A DNA stretch of 64,000 bases from an uncultured Gammaproteobacteria bacterium (GCA_964625535.1 CAZVEX010000005.1:3477-67476), one strand, 5' to 3'. Positions 45,492 through 54,919 are shown, numbered from the stretch's first letter. Notes: a model not told the origin generated them from the letters alone. Program-made: numbers and translations.

Positions 45492-47284
45492 TGAAAATTA
45501 GTGTAGCTCAAGTCATCGGCTTAAATACGGACCAGCAAGCGGCTCAAGTGGTTTCACAGATCCAGGATTCCGAGAACGCTTTTTTAGCCTTGTTGCAGCT
45601 TACATGCGACGATGCTTTTACCAAAGGCAGGCAGGCTCTGTCCGAACTGGCTGATTTTTACTTTGATTTTGAAGGCAGTCCAGCCCAAAAACTCACTGCC
45701 GCTTTTGCCGAAGGAGTCAAAAAATTCTCCAACGAGGGCGAGTTTTCCCCCGGAGGCTGGGATTTGTGTTTGGCTGCAGTGTCGGGAAAAGTGTTGTATC
45801 TGATGGGACAGGGCCGGGCGGAAGTTTATTTAAAAAGAGGGGATAAGTTATCCTCGCTTCTTGCCGCAGGTTCAGAAGGCCAGCTAATATCGGGATTTTT
45901 GGAAGAGGGGGATAAGCTGCTGCTTGTAAGCAAAAGTTTGTCTGATTTTCTGGGCGAGGATTTGGCCAAAACAATGGATCTTCCCAAGGATGCATGGGAA
46001 GAGGAAATGAGTTCTAAAGTGGGAAGAGCGGAGAATAGCGAAGGGGGGTTGGCAGGGCTTTTTGTGCGGATAGATCAGGAAACGCAAACAAAAGAGGATG
46101 ACATTGCGGCTTTCCCGAGTTTACAGGAAGAGAGATTTGTCCCGGGTCGGACCAAAGAAATTCTATTAAATTTAATCAGATTTTTCCCTAAAAGCGGGCG
46201 GGGCAGGTTGATTTTAGCCCTGATTTTAATCCTGATTATCGGTACCGGAGTAGCGCTAAAATATAAGAGCAGCCGGGATCAGCAGCAACAGGCTGTTTTT
46301 GCCCAAACCCTGCAAGGGGCCAAAGACGATTTTAATGCTGCCAAAGGCCTTTCTTCTTTAAACCCGGCAGAGGCCAAAAACAAACTGGAAGCTGCCAAGG
46401 GAAAAGTTGACAAAGCGCTGGCTCTAAAGCGGGACGATCAGGAAGCGCAAAACTTGAAAAAACAAATCGAAGAAGAGGCTTCTTCTATTTTGCAGCAGCA
46501 AAATGTGACTGATTTTCCTCTGTTTTTAGACTTGGATCTTATAAAAAAAGACTTTAAAGCCCAAAAAATAAGTTTTTCGGCCGGTAAAATATTGGTTCTG
46601 GACAACTCGCAATATTCCCTGGCCGCAATTGACGCGGCCAAAAAAAGCAATCAAATTCTGGCTGGGAAAAGCCAGTTGGGGGAAGCTGCGCTGGCTTCAT
46701 TAAACGGCAGTCTGGCTTTTACTTACTCTCCGGACAAGGGGCTGGTTCGCACCGATGCGACAAACCAAAAACAAACCCAGGTGGCTAAAGTTGATGAGGA
46801 TTGGGGTCAGATCGCAGATCTAGTGGGTTTTGCTGGCAATGTCTATCTTTTGGATAAAGGACAAATCTGGAAGTATTTGCCCGCGGCCGAGGGCTATTCT
46901 GGTAAAAGAGAATACTTAACTCAAAATACCAAGGCGGATTTTTCCTCTGCCCTCCGAATGCAGATTGAATCTTCGGTTTATGTTTTAAAATCCGGAGGAG
47001 AGATGATGCGTTTTACCAGGGGAGAAAAAGACAATTTTTCCTATTCGGGTTTGCCTTCGCCTGTCAAAGACCCCAAAAGCTTTTTTACCTCATCGGATAC
47101 TGACAATTTGTATCTGCTGGATTCGGGTAATTCGCGCCTTCTGGTTTTGAGCAAAATCGGAGCCTACAAAGGTCAATATCAAAGCGAGCGCTTTGACCAA
47201 TTTTCCGATCTGGTGGTGGATGAAAAAGGTAAAAAAGTGTATTTGCTGGAAGGAAGTAAAATTTACTCCATGGATTTGAAATGA
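45491..47284 (+). CDS. Hypothetical membrane-anchored protein: ~230-aa cytoplasmic N-domain, single TM, extracytoplasmic repeat (beta-propeller-like) domain
   Basis: 597 aa. TM 'RLILALILILIIGTGVAL'. Repeated 'VYLLDKG../LYLLDSGNS../VYLLEGSKIY' blade-like motifs in the C-terminal half. Confidence 0.35.
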   Translation: MKISVAQVIGLNTDQQAAQVVSQIQDSENAFLALLQLTCDDAFTKGRQALSELADFYFDFEGSPAQKLTAAFAEGVKKFSNEGEFSPGGWDLCLAAVSGKVLYLMGQGRAEVYLKRGDKLSSLLAAGSEGQLISGFLEEGDKLLLVSKSLSDFLGEDLAKTMDLPKDAWEEEMSSKVGRAENSEGGLAGLFVRIDQETQTKEDDIAAFPSLQEERFVPGRTKEILLNLIRFFPKSGRGRLILALILILIIGTGVALKYKSSRDQQQQAVFAQTLQGAKDDFNAAKGLSSLNPAEAKNKLEAAKGKVDKALALKRDDQEAQNLKKQIEEEASSILQQQNVTDFPLFLDLDLIKKDFKAQKISFSAGKILVLDNSQYSLAAIDAAKKSNQILAGKSQLGEAALASLNGSLAFTYSPDKGLVRTDATNQKQTQVAKVDEDWGQIADLVGFAGNVYLLDKGQIWKYLPAAEGYSGKREYLTQNTKADFSSALRMQIESSVYVLKSGGEMMRFTRGEKDNFSYSGLPSPVKDPKSFFTSSDTDNLYLLDSGNSRLLVLSKIGAYKGQYQSERFDQFSDLVVDEKGKKVYLLEGSKIYSMDLK

Positions 47285-47721
47285 GAATAGTTAATAAAAA
47301 AGCTCTTCATAATTATCACATTTTGGAACATTTGGAGGCAGGGGTAAAGCTATCCGGAGCCGAAGTTAAATCTATCCGGGCTGGCAGAGTGGATCTGGGT
47401 CAAGCTTATGTCAAAATCTTAAACGGAGAGGCCTTTTTGGTTAATGCCAATATCCCGAAGTTTGCCCAAACTTCGACCAAAACCTATGATCCGGCTGGAT
47501 CAAGAAAATTACTTCTGCACAAAGCTCAAATCATGAGTTTAACAGGTAAAACTTCAGGTAAGGGGGTAACCCTGGTGCCTGTTTCCCTTTATGAAAAAAA
47601 TAATCTTTTTAAAATAGATATTGGTTTGGGTAAGAGTAAAAAAGAATTTGACAAAAGAGCCGTTATGAAAGAACGCGACCACAAGCGTCGCATAGAACAG
47701 GAGCTGCGGGGAAAAGAATAA
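47281..47721 (+). CDS. smpB: SsrA-binding protein
   Basis: 'MRIVNKKALHNYHILEHLEAGVKLSGAEVKSIRAG...' is a typical SmpB. Confidence 0.9.
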   Translation: MRIVNKKALHNYHILEHLEAGVKLSGAEVKSIRAGRVDLGQAYVKILNGEAFLVNANIPKFAQTSTKTYDPAGSRKLLLHKAQIMSLTGKTSGKGVTLVPVSLYEKNNLFKIDIGLGKSKKEFDKRAVMKERDHKRRIEQELRGKE

Positions 47722-47763
47722 ATACTTGCTTTTTGGGTTAATATGTGGTAATGTAATGTTTAC

Positions 47764-48162
47764 GGGGACGTACAGTTTCGATTGGATGGCACTTTAAAAA
47801 CTGCAAGCCGAATAGGAAACATTATTCGTTAAATATTGTTTCAAACAACAAACGGCAATAACCTTGTCCGTGGTGCGCAAGCACTAGCTCTGGGCCTTTT
47901 TGGTCCTGTTGCTAGACCAGCTTATCTGGTAGCTTAAAGCATCTATTTTAGAATTCTTTTTCTGGCTAGAACCTAAAGTAATGTACCCAGTCAGAATGCT
48001 GTTAATACAATTCTGATCGATCAGTATTAACAAAAGAAAGTTTGATCATTCATTAGTTTTCCTGCTAACTGGTTACAACTAATGAACAAAAATTAATTAG
48101 CTAAGCTTGTAGAAGTTTTTAATTTGTTTTTCAACACAGGGCTCACAGCCCTCGTCTCCACA
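47764..48162 (+). ncRNA. ssrA: tmRNA (SsrA), ~400 nt
   Basis: Immediately downstream of smpB. 5' 'GGGGACGUACAGUUUCGAUUGGAUGG' (tmRNA-type 5' acceptor/D region with UUCGA). 3' 'CGUCUCC-ACA' pairs with the 5' GGGGACG acceptor half. Internal ORF-like segment ends '...AYLVA-UAA'. Followed by a terminator hairpin. Confidence 0.65.
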
Positions 48163-48192
48163 AAAAACCCCGCTATCGACGGGGTTTTTGCT
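48163..48192 (+). terminator. Rho-independent terminator after tmRNA
   Basis: 'aaaaaaCCCCGctatcgaCGGGGttttt' (GC stem plus T-run). Confidence 0.65.
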
Positions 48193-48203
48193 AAAATGGT
48201 TTA

Positions 48204-48908
48204 GTGAATCTGTTTCTTGAGTTTTTATTTCCCAAAAAATGTGTAGGCTGTGGTAAGGAAAGTACATATTTTTGCAAAAATTGTATTGCGGATATTTTGC
48301 AAACAGACCTGATTTGTCCTCAATGTGATAATTTGTCAATCGGCGGGCTGACCCACCCCGGCTGTGAGAAAAGCTTTAGTTTGGACGGGTTATGGAGTTT
48401 GGGCATATATCAGGGTTCCTTAAAAAGAGCCATCCAAAAGCTAAAATATGAACCCTCGCTGGTCAAGGATTTTGCTCCTGTTCTGGCGGATATCACTGTA
48501 GAATATTGGGAGAAGCATCAACCCTATCTTTTTGATTTGATCAGAAAAGATCAGGGCAAAGACTGGGTGATTATACCTGTACCGCTGCACTGGTTTAGGG
48601 AAAACAAAAGGGGTTTTAATCAGGCAAAATTAATTGGACAAATTATATCCAAAAAACTAGGTTTGGCCTATTGTGATGGGTTAAAACGCATTCGTTATAC
48701 CAAGTCCCAGGTTAAACTGAAAAAGCATGCTCGCCGTCAAAACATCAGAGATGCTTTTGCAATTTCTTCTAACTGTAACCTGTCCCCTGAAACCTGTATC
48801 CTTTTAATAGATGATGTCTGGACCACAGGTTCAACCCTGCGGGAGTGTTGCTATGTGTTGAAAAAGCACGGAGCCCAAAAAGTCTGGGCTCTGACATTGG
48901 CTAGATAA
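48204..48908 (+). CDS. comFC: ComF family protein (double zinc-ribbon + phosphoribosyltransferase domain)
   Basis: 'CVGCGKESTYFCKNCIADI..CPQCDN' zinc ribbons. C-terminal PRTase 'LLIDDVWTTGSTL'. Confidence 0.75.
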   Translation: MNLFLEFLFPKKCVGCGKESTYFCKNCIADILQTDLICPQCDNLSIGGLTHPGCEKSFSLDGLWSLGIYQGSLKRAIQKLKYEPSLVKDFAPVLADITVEYWEKHQPYLFDLIRKDQGKDWVIIPVPLHWFRENKRGFNQAKLIGQIISKKLGLAYCDGLKRIRYTKSQVKLKKHARRQNIRDAFAISSNCNLSPETCILLIDDVWTTGSTLRECCYVLKKHGAQKVWALTLAR

Positions 48909-48909
48909 G

Positions 48910-48991
48910 CGGAGGAGGTGGGGGTCGAACCCACATGCCCTTTCAGGCCCCAGTTTTCAAGACTGGTGAGCCACCATTGCTCAACTCCTCC
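48910..48991 (-). tRNA. tRNA-Ser (anticodon TGA)
   Basis: Reverse complement folds as acceptor GGAGGAG/CUCCUCC, anticodon arm CCAGU-CUUGAAA-ACUGG, long variable arm, T-arm GUGGG-UUCGACC-CCCAC, discriminator G. Confidence 0.8.
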
Positions 48992-49017
48992 TTGTTTACA
49001 CTGAGCTTGTCGAAGTG

Positions 49018-49104
49018 CGGAGAGGGTGGGATTTGAACCCACGGTCCGATTGCTCGGACAGCGCATTAGCACTGCGCCGCACTAGGCCACTATGCGACCT
49101 CTCC
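49018..49104 (-). tRNA. tRNA-Ser (anticodon GCT)
   Basis: Reverse complement: acceptor GGAGAGG/CCUCUCC, anticodon arm GCGCA-GUGCUAA-UGCGC, long variable arm, T-loop UUCAAAU. Confidence 0.8.
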
Positions 49105-49107
49105 GTG

Positions 49108-49977
49108 AACTTAATTTTACCAGAATACTTAGGTACATGCTATCATGATTTAGTGGATTATCAGAAGATTGACCGCTGGCAAAATTTAAGCGAGCTGAAA
49201 AAACTACTTGATTTATCTACCCCGCCCAAAGACCTTTATTTTCAAGGAACTTGGAATAGTGAAATTTTTGCAAATTGCACGGCAGTGGTCGGTTCCAGAA
49301 AAATGACCGGTTATGGAGCTACCGTGGTAGAAAAAATTATCCCGCAACTGATTGCCCAGGGTCAGACAGTTGTGTCCGGTTTTATGTACGGAGTTGACCA
49401 ATATGCTCATCAGGTTTGCGTGGAGCAAGGTGGTAAGACCATTGCCGTTTTGGGCTGGGGGATCACTCATAAACTTTCAGGAGACGATTTAAAGTTAGCC
49501 AAAAAAATTATCGATGCGGGAGGGTTGTTACTCTCCGAATGGGAAGAGCAAAAACCAACCCATTGGACCTTTCCCTTAAGAAACCGTCTGGTGGCTGCGC
49601 TGTGTCAGGAAATCATTGTGGTGGAGGCGGCGGAAGGAAGCGGCTCACTGATTACTGCCAGAATTGCCGCCAGGCTGAAAAAGACAGTTTGGGCAGTACC
49701 CGGGCCGATTACCAGCCGGACCTCCAGAGGAACCAATCACTTAATTGCAGAGGGAAAAGCCAAAGTGTGGCTGGGGCAGAGTTCGGTTCAGCTGCCTCTT
49801 GCCCAGGGCAGCGATCCTCTTTTGCAAATTCTGGAGAACGAGGCTTTATCTGCTGATGAGCTGGTCAGAAAACTTAATCTGGCTGTTTCCGAGATTGGAG
49901 CCAAGCTTTCGATCTTACTGCTATCTGGTCAAATTATTGAGAAAGGGGGAAAATATTACCTAAGCGATGCTAGTTAA
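49108..49977 (+). CDS. dprA: DNA processing protein DprA/Smf
   Basis: 'AVVGSRKMTGYGATVV...VVSGFMYGVDQYAHQ..GGKTIAVLGWGI' DprA Rossmann core. The 5' end of track ORF 49015-49977 overlaps tRNA-Ser, so the real start (possibly non-ATG) lies after 49104. Confidence 0.7.
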   Translation, partial: NLILPEYLGTCYHDLVDYQKIDRWQNLSELKKLLDLSTPPKDLYFQGTWNSEIFANCTAVVGSRKMTGYGATVVEKIIPQLIAQGQTVVSGFMYGVDQYAHQVCVEQGGKTIAVLGWGITHKLSGDDLKLAKKIIDAGGLLLSEWEEQKPTHWTFPLRNRLVAALCQEIIVVEAAEGSGSLITARIAARLKKTVWAVPGPITSRTSRGTNHLIAEGKAKVWLGQSSVQLPLAQGSDPLLQILENEALSADELVRKLNLAVSEIGAKLSILLLSGQIIEKGGKYYLSDAS

Positions 49978-51517
49978 AATTCCCTCCATTGCCAATATCG
50001 GGTTGGATTCCGTCCCTGTGGATGTGGAGGTTGATGTGGCCTCAACGGGTTTTCCCGGATTTACCATTGTCGGGCTGGCCAGTAAAGCTGTAGAAGAAGC
50101 CCGGGAAAGAGTTAAAACAGCCATTGTCAATTCCAAGCTGGATTTTCCGCCCAGAAAAATTACTGTTAACCTGGCTCCGGCGGATCTGCCTAAAGACGGG
50201 GCTGCTTATGATCTGCCAATGGCTCTGGGTGTGCTGTTGGCCAGCGGACAAATCAACTTACCCGAGAATTTTGATTTAACCAAATCTTTTTTCTACGGCG
50301 AGCTTTCTCTTGACGGCACTTTAAGGCCCACCAAAGGCATTTTATTGCTGGGCCTTTTTGCCCAAAAATGCGGCCCCACTGCTACCATTTTTGTGCCATC
50401 TCCCAGCGCGCCGGAGGCAGGAATGGTGGCCGGCATAACAGTGATGCCGGTTGAAACTCTGTCTCAACTGGTTGAGTATTTACTGGGACAAAAGAAAATT
50501 CCAGCCTTAAAACTCCCACCCCGTCAGGATTTGTTGGAAGAACATGCCGTGGAGTTTGATCTGACAGAGATTGCCGGACAGGAACAGGCCAAAAGAGCTT
50601 TGATTATTGCCGCTGCCGGCGGGCATAATCTGTTGATGTGGGGCCCACCGGGCACCGGTAAAACCATGCTCTCACGAGCTTTGCCCGGTATTCTGCCTCC
50701 GCTTTCAGCAGAGGAAGCTTTGGAGGTGACCAGGATTTATTCCGTGGCCGGGTTGCTTTCACCCGGGCAAGCCATGGTAGCCTCCCGACCATTCAGGGCG
50801 CCGCATCACGGTATTTCCGGTGCCGGCATGATCGGGGGCGGCAGCAACCCTTTGCCGGGGGAGGTAAGCCTGGCCCATTTGGGAGTGCTTTTCTTGGATG
50901 AGATGCCCGAGTTCCAAAGGAGCCTGATTGAAAGCTTGAGACAGCCGATGGAGGATGGGGTGGTGGAGATTGTGCGGGTGGCCGGCCATGTCAAATATCC
51001 CGCCTCCTTTACTCTCATTGCCGCCATCAACCCCTGCCCCTGCGGTTACCTGGGTCACCCCAAAAGAGAATGTAAATGTTCCGACAAACAGATCGCCAAA
51101 TACAGACAGCGCATATCGGGTCCGATCCTAGACAGGGTTGATCTTTTTGTCCATGTCTCTGTGGTGGAAACGGACAAGTTGTCCATCACCTCAGCTTTTC
51201 AAGGGAACAGGATTTCCTCACAGGATGCCAAAAAACAGGTTGTCAGTGCCCGAAAAATTCAAAAAGAGCGTTTTCAGGGGGAGAGTCGAAACATTTACAC
51301 CAACTCCCAGATGAGAAACAGCGATGTTAAAAAGTATGGTAAATTAACTCCGGAAGCGGAAAATCTTCTTAAACTGGCCTCCGACAGGTTTGACTTTTCC
51401 GCCCGCAGCTATTTTCGTTTGATCAAAGTCTCAAGAACTATTGCTGATTTAAGCGTTAGCGATCGAATTTTGCCTGTTCATATGGCGGAGGCCCTGCAGT
51501 ACAAACAGATTATATGA
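49967..51517 (+). CDS. comM: Mg-chelatase-like AAA+ ATPase ComM/YifB
   Basis: 516 aa. N-terminal Lon-like domain, Walker A 'GPPGTGKT', Walker B 'LFLDEMPEF', C-terminal ChlI-type domain. Confidence 0.85.
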   Translation: MLVKIPSIANIGLDSVPVDVEVDVASTGFPGFTIVGLASKAVEEARERVKTAIVNSKLDFPPRKITVNLAPADLPKDGAAYDLPMALGVLLASGQINLPENFDLTKSFFYGELSLDGTLRPTKGILLLGLFAQKCGPTATIFVPSPSAPEAGMVAGITVMPVETLSQLVEYLLGQKKIPALKLPPRQDLLEEHAVEFDLTEIAGQEQAKRALIIAAAGGHNLLMWGPPGTGKTMLSRALPGILPPLSAEEALEVTRIYSVAGLLSPGQAMVASRPFRAPHHGISGAGMIGGGSNPLPGEVSLAHLGVLFLDEMPEFQRSLIESLRQPMEDGVVEIVRVAGHVKYPASFTLIAAINPCPCGYLGHPKRECKCSDKQIAKYRQRISGPILDRVDLFVHVSVVETDKLSITSAFQGNRISSQDAKKQVVSARKIQKERFQGESRNIYTNSQMRNSDVKKYGKLTPEAENLLKLASDRFDFSARSYFRLIKVSRTIADLSVSDRILPVHMAEALQYKQII

Positions 51518-51867
51518 AAGCCTTAAACCGCGAGACAGGCCGTTTAGCCGAAAACCTGGCCACGGAAGCACTAATCAAGAAGGGTTATCAGATTTTGGAG
51601 CGAAATTTCAGCAATCGTTTTGGGGAAATCGATATTATTGCCAAAGATCAGGATATTTTGGTATTTGTGGAAGTCAAGGCCAAGAAGGGAGTGGAATTTG
51701 GTATGCCCGAAGAAATGATCAATAGTTATAAATTGCAAAAAATCCGGCATATGGCCACAATTTATATGAAAGGGCAAAGTTTGCCCTGCCGGATTGATGT
51801 GGTGGCAATCGTGTTATCTCCCACCAATGATCTTGTCAGATTGAACCATTACGAGAATGTTGTATAA
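51514..51867 (+). CDS. yraN: YraN-family (UPF0102) endonuclease-fold protein
   Basis: 'GYQILERNFSNRFGEIDIIAKDQDILVFVEVKAKK' is the YraN signature. Confidence 0.8.
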   Translation: MKALNRETGRLAENLATEALIKKGYQILERNFSNRFGEIDIIAKDQDILVFVEVKAKKGVEFGMPEEMINSYKLQKIRHMATIYMKGQSLPCRIDVVAIVLSPTNDLVRLNHYENVV

Positions 51868-51878
51868 TCAAAATTACC

Positions 51879-52436
51879 ATGCCAAAGGCTAAACAACCGC
51901 CTAAAGAAAATTCACCGCTTACCCCCAAGATGATGGAGGCGGAAGAAATTAAAACTCTCCTGTCCTGGGAAGCTCCCTCCCGCCCCTTTAGAAAAAAAGA
52001 CCGCTCCTTTTATACCACGGTGGCCATCCTGGTGGTATTGCTGGTGTTGATTTTGCTTTTGGCCAGGGAGTTTTTGCTGATCGGGGCGCTTTTATCGCTT
52101 ACCTTTGTGGCTTATGTTTTGGCATTTGTGCCGCCTCATCGCATCAACTATAAAATTTCCACCCAAGGGGTCACCATTGGTGAGGATTTTTACTTCTGGC
52201 ATTTTTTGGATTCATTTTGGTTTAAAGAAAAAGATGGATCAAAGGTGTTGCATATTCAAACCAGGTTGCGCTTTCCTGCGCAACTCATGTTAGTCTTAGG
52301 TTCGCAAGAGGAGGAAAAAGCCAAAAAGACAGTGGCCCGTTTTTTGCCTTTTGTGGAGGTGCCATATAAATCCTGGATGGAAAAATGGTCAGAAGGATTG
52401 CAAAAACATTTCCCCCTGGAAAATCCACATAGATGA
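51879..52436 (+). CDS. Hypothetical two-TM membrane protein
   Basis: 185 aa, two adjacent TM helices (aa 45-95). No known motif. Confidence 0.35.
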   Translation: MPKAKQPPKENSPLTPKMMEAEEIKTLLSWEAPSRPFRKKDRSFYTTVAILVVLLVLILLLAREFLLIGALLSLTFVAYVLAFVPPHRINYKISTQGVTIGEDFYFWHFLDSFWFKEKDGSKVLHIQTRLRFPAQLMLVLGSQEEEKAKKTVARFLPFVEVPYKSWMEKWSEGLQKHFPLENPHR

Positions 52437-52459
52437 ATTCTGTGCTAAAATACCCATGT

Positions 52460-52532
52460 TGCGCCCGTAGTTCAATGGACAGAACGCATGGTTGCGGTCC
52501 ATGTGGTTGGGGGTTCGATTCCCTCCGGGCGC
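52460..52532 (+). tRNA. tRNA-Arg (anticodon GCG; unusual isoacceptor)
   Basis: Acceptor GCGCCCG/CGGGCGC, D-arm GUUC/GAAC, anticodon arm CAUGG-UUGCGGU-CCAUG, T-arm GGGGG-UUCGAUU-CCCUC. Confidence 0.6.
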
Positions 52533-52538
52533 GCTCGA

Positions 52539-52624
52539 AGGAGGCGTGTCCGAGCGGTTTATGGAAATGGTTTCGAAAACCATCGGCTCGAAAGGGCCTC
52601 GCAGGTTCGAATCCTGCCGCCTCC
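52539..52624 (+). tRNA. tRNA-Ser (anticodon CGA)
   Basis: Acceptor GGAGGCG/CGCCUCC, anticodon arm UGGUU-UCGAAAA-AACCA, long variable arm, T-loop UUCGAAU. Confidence 0.75.
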
Positions 52625-52629
52625 GCTTA

Positions 52630-52703
52630 AGCCCTCGTAGTTCAATGGACAGAACTTCTGGTTCCGGTCCAGACGGTTGGAGGTTCGACTCCTCTCGAGG
52701 GCG
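52630..52703 (+). tRNA. tRNA-Arg (anticodon CCG)
   Basis: Acceptor GCCCUCG/CGAGGGC, anticodon arm UCUGG-UUCCGGU-CCAGA, T-arm GGAGG-UUCGACU-CCUCU. Confidence 0.75.
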
Positions 52704-52709
52704 CTAACT

Positions 52710-53111
52710 ATGAAAAGAGAATTTTCGGCAGGAGGAATAGTCTTTAATAAAGCTGGTCAGGTATTGTTGACCAAGCATTCTCGAAACCATCACTGGAGTT
52801 TTCCCAAGGGTTTGATTGACCCCGGGCAAACCAGCGAGCAGGCAGCTCTGCGGGAAGTAAAAGAAGAGGGTGGGGTAGAGGCCAAAATTTTGGATAAAGT
52901 AGGGTATTCAAAATATGTCTATACCTTAAACAGGGAAAAGATTTTCAAAATTGTGACTTATTTTTTAATGAAATATGTCTCCGGTAGTCCAGAGGACCAT
53001 GACTGGGAAATGGAAGAAGCAGGATGGTATGAAGTGGAGGAGGCATTAAAAAAACTGACTTTTTCTCAAGACAAAACTTTACTCAAAAAAGCATTAGAAA
53101 TGGTAAAATAA
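52710..53111 (+). CDS. NUDIX hydrolase
   Basis: Nudix box 'GLIDPGQTSEQAALREVKEEGGVEA'. Start placed at 'MKREF' because track ORF 52677 overlaps tRNA-Arg. Confidence 0.8.
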   Translation: MKREFSAGGIVFNKAGQVLLTKHSRNHHWSFPKGLIDPGQTSEQAALREVKEEGGVEAKILDKVGYSKYVYTLNREKIFKIVTYFLMKYVSGSPEDHDWEMEEAGWYEVEEALKKLTFSQDKTLLKKALEMVK

Positions 53112-53129
53112 GCCCCGCTGCTCCTTAAA

Positions 53130-54323
53130 ATGTATAAAAACAATCTGGTAAGCTGGAAGATAGTTACCCCCATTATCGGAGATGTGCTTATTTCCCCTTG
53201 GAATTTGTTAATAGGAGGACTGCTTGTTTCCAAATTAAGCTTTCCTTATGCTTTTATTTCCATCATTGGAGGTTATATAGTTTTAAGTCTGGTTTTTTAC
53301 TATTATGGCGGGCTGGGATTTCAATTTAGAAAAAGAACCTCGGAGATTATAGAACCGGTTTTTGGCCGCGTTGGCACAAAATTATTTTTCAGCATTATTT
53401 TGGCCATGGGACAAATTGGCTGGTTTGCCATTGTTAACCAGATTGGCGGAGAATCTTTGGCAATACTGGCAGGTGTCCCTTCTTACATTGGTATCCTGAT
53501 ATATGGAGCAGCAATGGTAATCATGGCAACTCTTAATTTACACAAATTGGCAATCGTGAAATCCATGATTGTGGTTTCTTCTGTTGGCTTGTTGATTTAT
53601 TTAATTGCCATAAACAGAGCGGATTTTAATCTGACAAGACTGACGGATTTAAGTTATAACAAAGAAACAATTCTTTGGGGCATTTCAATAGTTGTAGCTT
53701 CTTTGATGTCTTTTTCCTCGGTTAGTCCTGATTTTATGTCTGGCTTAAAAACCAGAAAAGATGTTTTATTAACCATTTTAACAGGCTTATTTTTGCCGGG
53801 AGTTTTAATCTCTACTTTAGGGGCAGCGCTTTTTTTAGGTAAACCCCTAATTCTGGAGGCTATTATCGGTGTATCTTTGTTGGCCGGTTTTGGCCACTGG
53901 TTTAATGTGATAACCAACACTGATGCGGCAGTGGCAATTTATACTCCGGGTTACAGGTTAAGTTATGCTTTTGGGTGGCCATTTAAAATCTCGGTTCTCG
54001 TGGCTGCGTCTTTGGGGTCTTTATTTTCTTTGCTTAATATCAGATCTCAACTGGAAACTTGGTTGTCAATTATTGCCGGTATTTATCCGTCTTTAGTAGG
54101 GGTGACAGTGGCCCATTATTGTCTTAGATTTTTCCAGAGAAAAGCGGTTAAATACTCAAAAACAAATTGGAGATCAGTTATTATTATCCTTTTTTCTTCA
54201 ATGCTGATATTTATAATAAATATTTCTTTACTTAACTGGGTAGTTGGGTTAACCTCATTTGTTTTGTATATCGCCATGACAGGAGTGACTGTAAAGATAT
54301 ATTTTGGAAGAAATAATAAATAA
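53130..54323 (+). CDS. Polytopic membrane permease (possibly nucleobase/NCS1-like)
   Basis: 397 aa, about 12 TM helices. No decisive motif. Confidence 0.35.
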   Translation: MYKNNLVSWKIVTPIIGDVLISPWNLLIGGLLVSKLSFPYAFISIIGGYIVLSLVFYYYGGLGFQFRKRTSEIIEPVFGRVGTKLFFSIILAMGQIGWFAIVNQIGGESLAILAGVPSYIGILIYGAAMVIMATLNLHKLAIVKSMIVVSSVGLLIYLIAINRADFNLTRLTDLSYNKETILWGISIVVASLMSFSSVSPDFMSGLKTRKDVLLTILTGLFLPGVLISTLGAALFLGKPLILEAIIGVSLLAGFGHWFNVITNTDAAVAIYTPGYRLSYAFGWPFKISVLVAASLGSLFSLLNIRSQLETWLSIIAGIYPSLVGVTVAHYCLRFFQRKAVKYSKTNWRSVIIILFSSMLIFIINISLLNWVVGLTSFVLYIAMTGVTVKIYFGRNNK

Positions 54324-54325
54324 TT

Positions 54326-54919
54326 ATGTATAATTTTGTCTCCCGCGGCGGCATTAAACTTCAATCAGCCATTGAAAATTGGAAGCTAAATTTGGAAAAT
54401 TTGGTTTGCTTGGATGTGGGTTCATCAACAGGTGGATTTGTGGATTGCCTTTTGCAGAATGGAGCAGCTAAAGTTTATGCCCTTGATACTGCTTATGGGG
54501 AACTTGCCTGGAAGTTGCGAAATGACCCAAGAGTGGTGGTTATGGAACGGACAAATATTTTATATTTGGAAAGTTTACCAGAACAAGTGGATTTAGTGAC
54601 TATTGATGCAGGTTGGACCAAACTGGAACTTGTTTTGCCGGTTGTTAAAAAATTTTTAAAACCGGATGGAATAATTATTGCATTACTTAAACCCCAATAT
54701 GAAGCAGATAAGCGAAGCTTTCCTTTTCCTGGCGGAAAACGTAAAAAGGATTTAGTGAAAGGTATTTTGCCAGAGGGTATTGCCGAGAGAGTAAAAGATG
54801 AAGTGGTAGAAAGGTTACAGGTTTTAGGTTACAGGGTACAGCAAGTTATGGAATCGCCAATTCTGGGTGGGGCAGGAAATCAGGAATACTTGCTTTATTT
54901 GACTTTTCAGAAGAAATAA
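54326..54919 (+). CDS. tlyA: TlyA-like FtsJ-fold rRNA 2'-O-methyltransferase lacking the S4 domain
   Basis: 'SRGGIKLQSAIENW...LDVGSSTGGFVDCLLQNGAAKVYALD' matches the TlyA MTase core. Confidence 0.7.
   Translation: MYNFVSRGGIKLQSAIENWKLNLENLVCLDVGSSTGGFVDCLLQNGAAKVYALDTAYGELAWKLRNDPRVVVMERTNILYLESLPEQVDLVTIDAGWTKLELVLPVVKKFLKPDGIIIALLKPQYEADKRSFPFPGGKRKKDLVKGILPEGIAERVKDEVVERLQVLGYRVQQVMESPILGGAGNQEYLLYLTFQKK

Noticed and set aside
49015-49104. 5' 90 nt of the track ORF 49015-49977 as part of dprA
   Set aside because: This segment is the antisense of a well-folded tRNA-Ser(GCT). The DprA start was moved downstream of the tRNA.
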